From an uncultured delta proteobacterium (lineage in GTDB: Bacteria; Myxococcota_A; UBA9160; SMWR01), in the NCBI GenBank assembly GCA_963832165.1, contig CAWHTE010000011.1, positions 192,001 to 256,000 of the forward strand: a stretch of DNA of 64,000 nucleotides, read 5' to 3'. A program made the translations under genes and the position numbers. Numbering within the stretch: the stretch's first letter is position 1; the number at the start of each line of letters is the position of its first letter. The notes beneath the pieces are model-generated. The model was not told the DNA's origin. It saw only the letters and a list, made by a program, of their open reading frames with translations, and searched no databases. Below, piece by piece: positions 60,184-64,000 of the stretch.

Positions 60184-61461
60184 TCAGGCTCCGCCCGGCG
60201 TGAACGCGCATGGCATGCGCTTGATGCCGTGGATGAAGTTCGAGCGCAGCATCTCCGGCGCGCCGGTAATCTCGAGATCCGGCAGCCGCCGCATCAGCTC
60301 GCGAAACACGACCGTGATCTCGCGGCGGGCGAGGTTCGCGCCCAGACAGTGGTGGGCGCCCGGACCGCCGAAGCCCACGTGCTCGTTCGGCTCGCGCGTC
60401 ACGTCGAAGCGGTAGGGATCCGGGAAGACGCTCTCGTCGCGGTTGGCCGAGTTGTACCAGAGCACGATCTTCTCGCCTGCGCGCAGCTTCTGTCCGCCGA
60501 GCTCGGTGTCCTGCGTGCAGGTGCGCCGGAAGTGGATCACCGGCGAGGCCCAGCGCACGATCTCCTCCACCGCTGTGGGCGCCAGAGCCTCGAAGTCTGC
60601 GGCCCACTTGCGGCGCTGGTCGGGGTGATCGCAGAGCGCCTTCATGCCGTGGCTGATCGCGTTGCGCGTGGTCTCGTTGCCCGCAGCGACGAGCAACACG
60701 AAGAACGAGGCGAGCTCCTGGTCGGTGAGCGTCTCGCCGTCGATCTCCGCGTTGATCAGCTGCGACGTGAGATCGTTCCTCGGCTGACGCCGGCGCTCCG
60801 CCGCGATCTCGTTCATCAACTCCGCCAACGCCTTGCCCGAGTTGAGCGCCGCGATCAGCGGGTTCGTGCCCGGCGCCACGTACTCCGGATCGCCGAGCCC
60901 GAGGATGATGTTCGTCTGATCGAACACGAACTGCGTCTGGCTCGCCGGGATCCCCATCATGTCGCAGATGATGCCGAGCGGAAGCGGTGCGGCGACATCG
61001 CGCACGAAATCGCATTCACCCTTCTCGATGATCGCGTCGATCAGCTCGCTGGCTCGCCGCTCGACGTCGTCCTGCAGGCGCGCGAGCGCCTTCGGCGTGA
61101 ATCCGCGCGAGACGATGCTGCGCAGGCGCGCGTGGCGGGGGTCGTCCATCGCGATCATCGAGCCGAAGAACTCGTTCAGCTCGACCGGAAGGTCCGGGAT
61201 CTGCACTCCTTTGCCCGAGCAGAACAGGTCGCTCCGGCGGCTCGCGGTGACCACGTCGGCGTGGCGGGTGACTGCCCAGTACCCGGGTCCGCGCGGCAGC
61301 GGAATCTCCGGCGGCGGCTCGAACTCGTCGTGGAACGACATCGGCCGCTCGCGGCGCAGGATCGCAAACGCACCCTCGCGCTCCTCGGCGGGGGCGGTCC
61401 AGAATTCGAGCTTGTCGAGGTGGACGTCGTCGACGCTCCCGGGAAGCCTGGGGGTGAACAT
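60184..61461 (-). CDS. Cytochrome P450 (CYP124/125-like)
   Basis: AGNETT, EEIVR, FGGPGAHHCLG. Confidence 0.95.
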   Translation of the reverse strand: MFTPRLPGSVDDVHLDKLEFWTAPAEEREGAFAILRRERPMSFHDEFEPPPEIPLPRGPGYWAVTRHADVVTASRRSDLFCSGKGVQIPDLPVELNEFFGSMIAMDDPRHARLRSIVSRGFTPKALARLQDDVERRASELIDAIIEKGECDFVRDVAAPLPLGIICDMMGIPASQTQFVFDQTNIILGLGDPEYVAPGTNPLIAALNSGKALAELMNEIAAERRRQPRNDLTSQLINAEIDGETLTDQELASFFVLLVAAGNETTRNAISHGMKALCDHPDQRRKWAADFEALAPTAVEEIVRWASPVIHFRRTCTQDTELGGQKLRAGEKIVLWYNSANRDESVFPDPYRFDVTREPNEHVGFGGPGAHHCLGANLARREITVVFRELMRRLPDLEITGAPEMLRSNFIHGIKRMPCAFTPGGA

Positions 61462-61581
61462 GGAGTCTCCTTCGCGGGCGTAGTGGTGCGTGGATCCACT
61501 ATTACCGAAACGCGAGCCGGGTTACAGTGCGACGCAGCGGGCTAGTTCGATAGCCCGTCTAATTACCCGGACGGAGTCGCC

Positions 61582-62995
61582 ATGGGGTCGGAGAAGCAGG
61601 GGCGGAAGAGGGGAGTCGCGGCGCTGGTCGCGGTGATGTTATGCGCGATGCCGGTCGCCGCGGAGCTCGGCGACTACACGGCGTTGCAGACGCTCGGGAA
61701 CCTCCTCTGGCCGCCCGGCGCGACCCACCCGGTGATACCGGCCGAGAAGACGGGCCCGTATCCGCTCAAGGCGAGTCCGACCACGTTCAACGACGGCTTC
61801 CAGCCGGGCCGCTATTACGAATGGCAGACGGTCCAGCTGCACCCGTCCACCGATGCAGTCTGCGGCAACGGCACCCCGTACAAGTTCTTCGTGAACCGCG
61901 TTCCGAACACGCGCAACACATTGATCTATCTCGAGGGCGGCGGCGCCTGTTGGGACGAGGCGAGCTGCCGCGGGCGCACGGGCATTCGCGGCGCGCGCAA
62001 CCCCAACGGCATTCCCGACGACTATCTGGCCCTGACCAACCCGGCGACCGGGTTGGTGAGCCCGTACGTGTTCCGCGCGCACCCGTATTCGCACGTGAAG
62101 ACGCAGGCGTGGAATCTGGTCTACGTGCCCTACTGCACGGGCGACATCTACGTCGGCGACAAGGTGCAGGTCTACGAGGATCCGAGCGGAGCCCTGCCGC
62201 CGCTCGTCTGGCATCACAACGGCGCTCGCAACGTGCTCGCGGTGCTCGCGTGGCTCAGGAACCACCTGCCGCGCCCGAGCCAGATGCTCACGGCCGGATG
62301 TAGTGCCGGCAGCATCGGCGCGCTCGCCGGTTACGACCTGATTCGCGGCCACATGAGTCCGACGCTCGGGTACCTGATCGACGACTCGGGCCCGGCCTTC
62401 CCGGCGCCTCGCAACGGCGATCCGGCGCAGTACCCGTCGGTGCCGCTGCACAACCACATCCGCGGCGTCTGGGGGCTCGACACGGGGCCGCTTGCGTACC
62501 TCAAGTCGCGCATGCCGCAGCTCGACATGAACAACCTCGGGTCGATCTACGCCGCGCTCTCCGCGAAGTACCCGGCCGACCGCATGGGCCAGACACACTT
62601 CTGGGAGGATCTGAACTACTCCTCCTACTCGTACGAGCGCTTCCACGACGAGATCGCGAACGAGCCGAATCAGCAGGTGAGAGAGCAGCTGATCCACGAG
62701 CGCTGGTATCTCGACACGGAGCACCTGATGGCCGTGCTCCAGACGCTTCCGAACTTCGGGTACTACCTGCCGCGTTACCGCGCGCTGAACGAGAGTCACT
62801 GCACGACGATTCGTCGACTTCGAGAACGGAGACATCCAGGAGGATGGTCTCGTGCTCGAGAACTTCATCAACAACGTGTTGAACGGGTCGGGACCGGTGA
62901 TGGAAGCCTCGGAGGAGGACCGCGTGCGCGACTTCCAGAAGCTGCCGAATCCGGTCTACATCGCGGTCGACGCGCTGCTCCAGTCGGGGCTCTAG
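61582..62995 (+). CDS. Secreted pectinacetylesterase/Notum-family hydrolase (frameshift near 62811)
   Basis: EGGGACW, PYCTGD, GCSAG; removing one T gives HCTTIVDFENGDI...LLQSGL ending at TAG 62995. Confidence 0.82.
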
Positions 62996-63014
62996 GGCCG
63001 GCGCTCGGCGCGAG

Positions 63015-63681
63015 TCACTCGGGCGCGGGCTGCCCGTCCGCGTACACCTCGATGCGCAGCTGGCGCAGGCGCTCGCGCAGATATTCGTCGCGCGAGACGC
63101 CGCCGGGGATCTCATCGAGCGCCATGACCTCGCTCGCGATCTCGTCCTGTCGCGCCAGGTACTCTTCATCGCGCGGACTCGGAGCCCGGTTCGCCTCGGC
63201 CGCCTCGGCCCGCCGCTGGTAGTCCTCGGTCAGCCGCCGACTCTCGCTGTCGCGCACGGCCGGGTCGTCCACGGTCGCTCGCAGCAGGGCGAGCCTCAGC
63301 AGGAGCGCCTCGGGCGGCAGCACGCGTCCTTCCCGCTCTCGCACGTCGGTCTGGGCGAGGATCGCCGCGGCGCGCGCAGCTCGTTCGGACTCGTCGAGCT
63401 CGCGGTAGCCGTCGAAGAACGCGCGCACCGCGTCTTGAAATGCGATCTCCTCGCGGTAGCGCGCGCTCTCGGGATCGCCCGCGCTCTCGCGATCCGGGTG
63501 CTCCCGGCGCGTCAGCGATCGCGGGCTCCACCGCGCTCGTTGCGGGAGGCAGCGCCGCCGCGAGCGGCGGCGCAGGAGGCTCCGCGCTCGGGCGCCCCGC
63601 TCGCAACGCAAACCACGCCCCACCCGCGAGCAACACCGCGCCCGCTGCAGCCGCCAGCGATGAACGGACCCATCGCACCAT
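63015..63681 (-). CDS. Membrane-anchored helical hypothetical protein (frameshift near 63500)
   Basis: MVRWVRSS + TM + Pro/Ala linker in one frame; charged helical domain ending YLRERLRQLRIEVY in another. Confidence 0.6.
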
Positions 63682-63705
63682 GGAGCGAGGGTATCCTGTC
63701 GCATC

Positions 63706-64000
63706 GTGTCGGGTCCCGTCCGGCTCAGCCTGCTCCTGCCCGCGATCGCGGCGGTCTACTTCGGCGCCGCGAAGCTCGGGCTTGCGCTCGCATTCGTGGC
63801 GCCCCAGGCGACGGCCGTATGGCCGCCGACCGGCATCGCGTTGGCGGCACTGGTCCTGTTCGGACTCCGCGCCTGGCCGGGCGTCTGGATCGGCGCGCTG
63901 TTCGCGAATGCCACCGTTGCCTCGCTGCCGGTGGCCGTCGGGATCGCGACCGGGAACACGCTCGAGGCGGTCGCGGGCGCGTATCTCCTCCACCGATCGA
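63706..64000 (+). CDS. MASE1-domain membrane sensor protein, N-terminal part (runs off the right edge)
   Basis: Manual translation: VYFGAAKLGL...AVWPPTGIALAAL...WPGVWIGA...GNTLEA. Confidence 0.88.
   Translation, partial: MSGPVRLSLLLPAIAAVYFGAAKLGLALAFVAPQATAVWPPTGIALAALVLFGLRAWPGVWIGALFANATVASLPVAVGIATGNTLEAVAGAYLLHRS

Overview
High-GC bacterial chromosomal window; gene content suggests Myxococcota or a related deltaproteobacterium (inference). Left to right: (1) a chemosensory locus with a soluble 1282-aa chemoreceptor (group I truncated globin, seven PAS domains of which six are Aer2-like haem type, MCP tip), cheW, cheA, two receivers and a stand-alone Hpt; (2) lipid/redox genes including WS/DGAT, an AhpD-like protein read through an in-frame UGA (CFY-U-TTSH plus a hairpin; probable selenoprotein that the ORF track splits), an LLM oxidoreductase, a Mo-bisPGD oxidoreductase, a WYL regulator and a P450; (3) an MtrA/MtrB-type decahaem-porin pair next to a DUF222-like HNH gene; (4) a more AT-rich island (about 26.7-32.4 kb) of PEP-CTERM genes; (5) efp, a RAYT-like HUH transposase, ETF, two SDR+acyltransferase pairs, transporters and hydrolases. 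The best candidate for an undescribed system is ORF 28417-30927: one reading frame of three signal peptide-cargo-PEP-CTERM units (first cargo a DUF3494 ice-binding domain) joined by a duplicated linker, i.e. an apparent exosortase/signal-peptidase-processed surface polyprotein. Upstream lie a sigma70-like promoter overlapped by ATGCAC-N2-GTGCAT palindromes and a small HTH gene. Several single-base frameshifts look like long-read indel errors. No rRNA, tRNA or CRISPR array was recognised. All family calls are from motif recognition by eye, not database searches.
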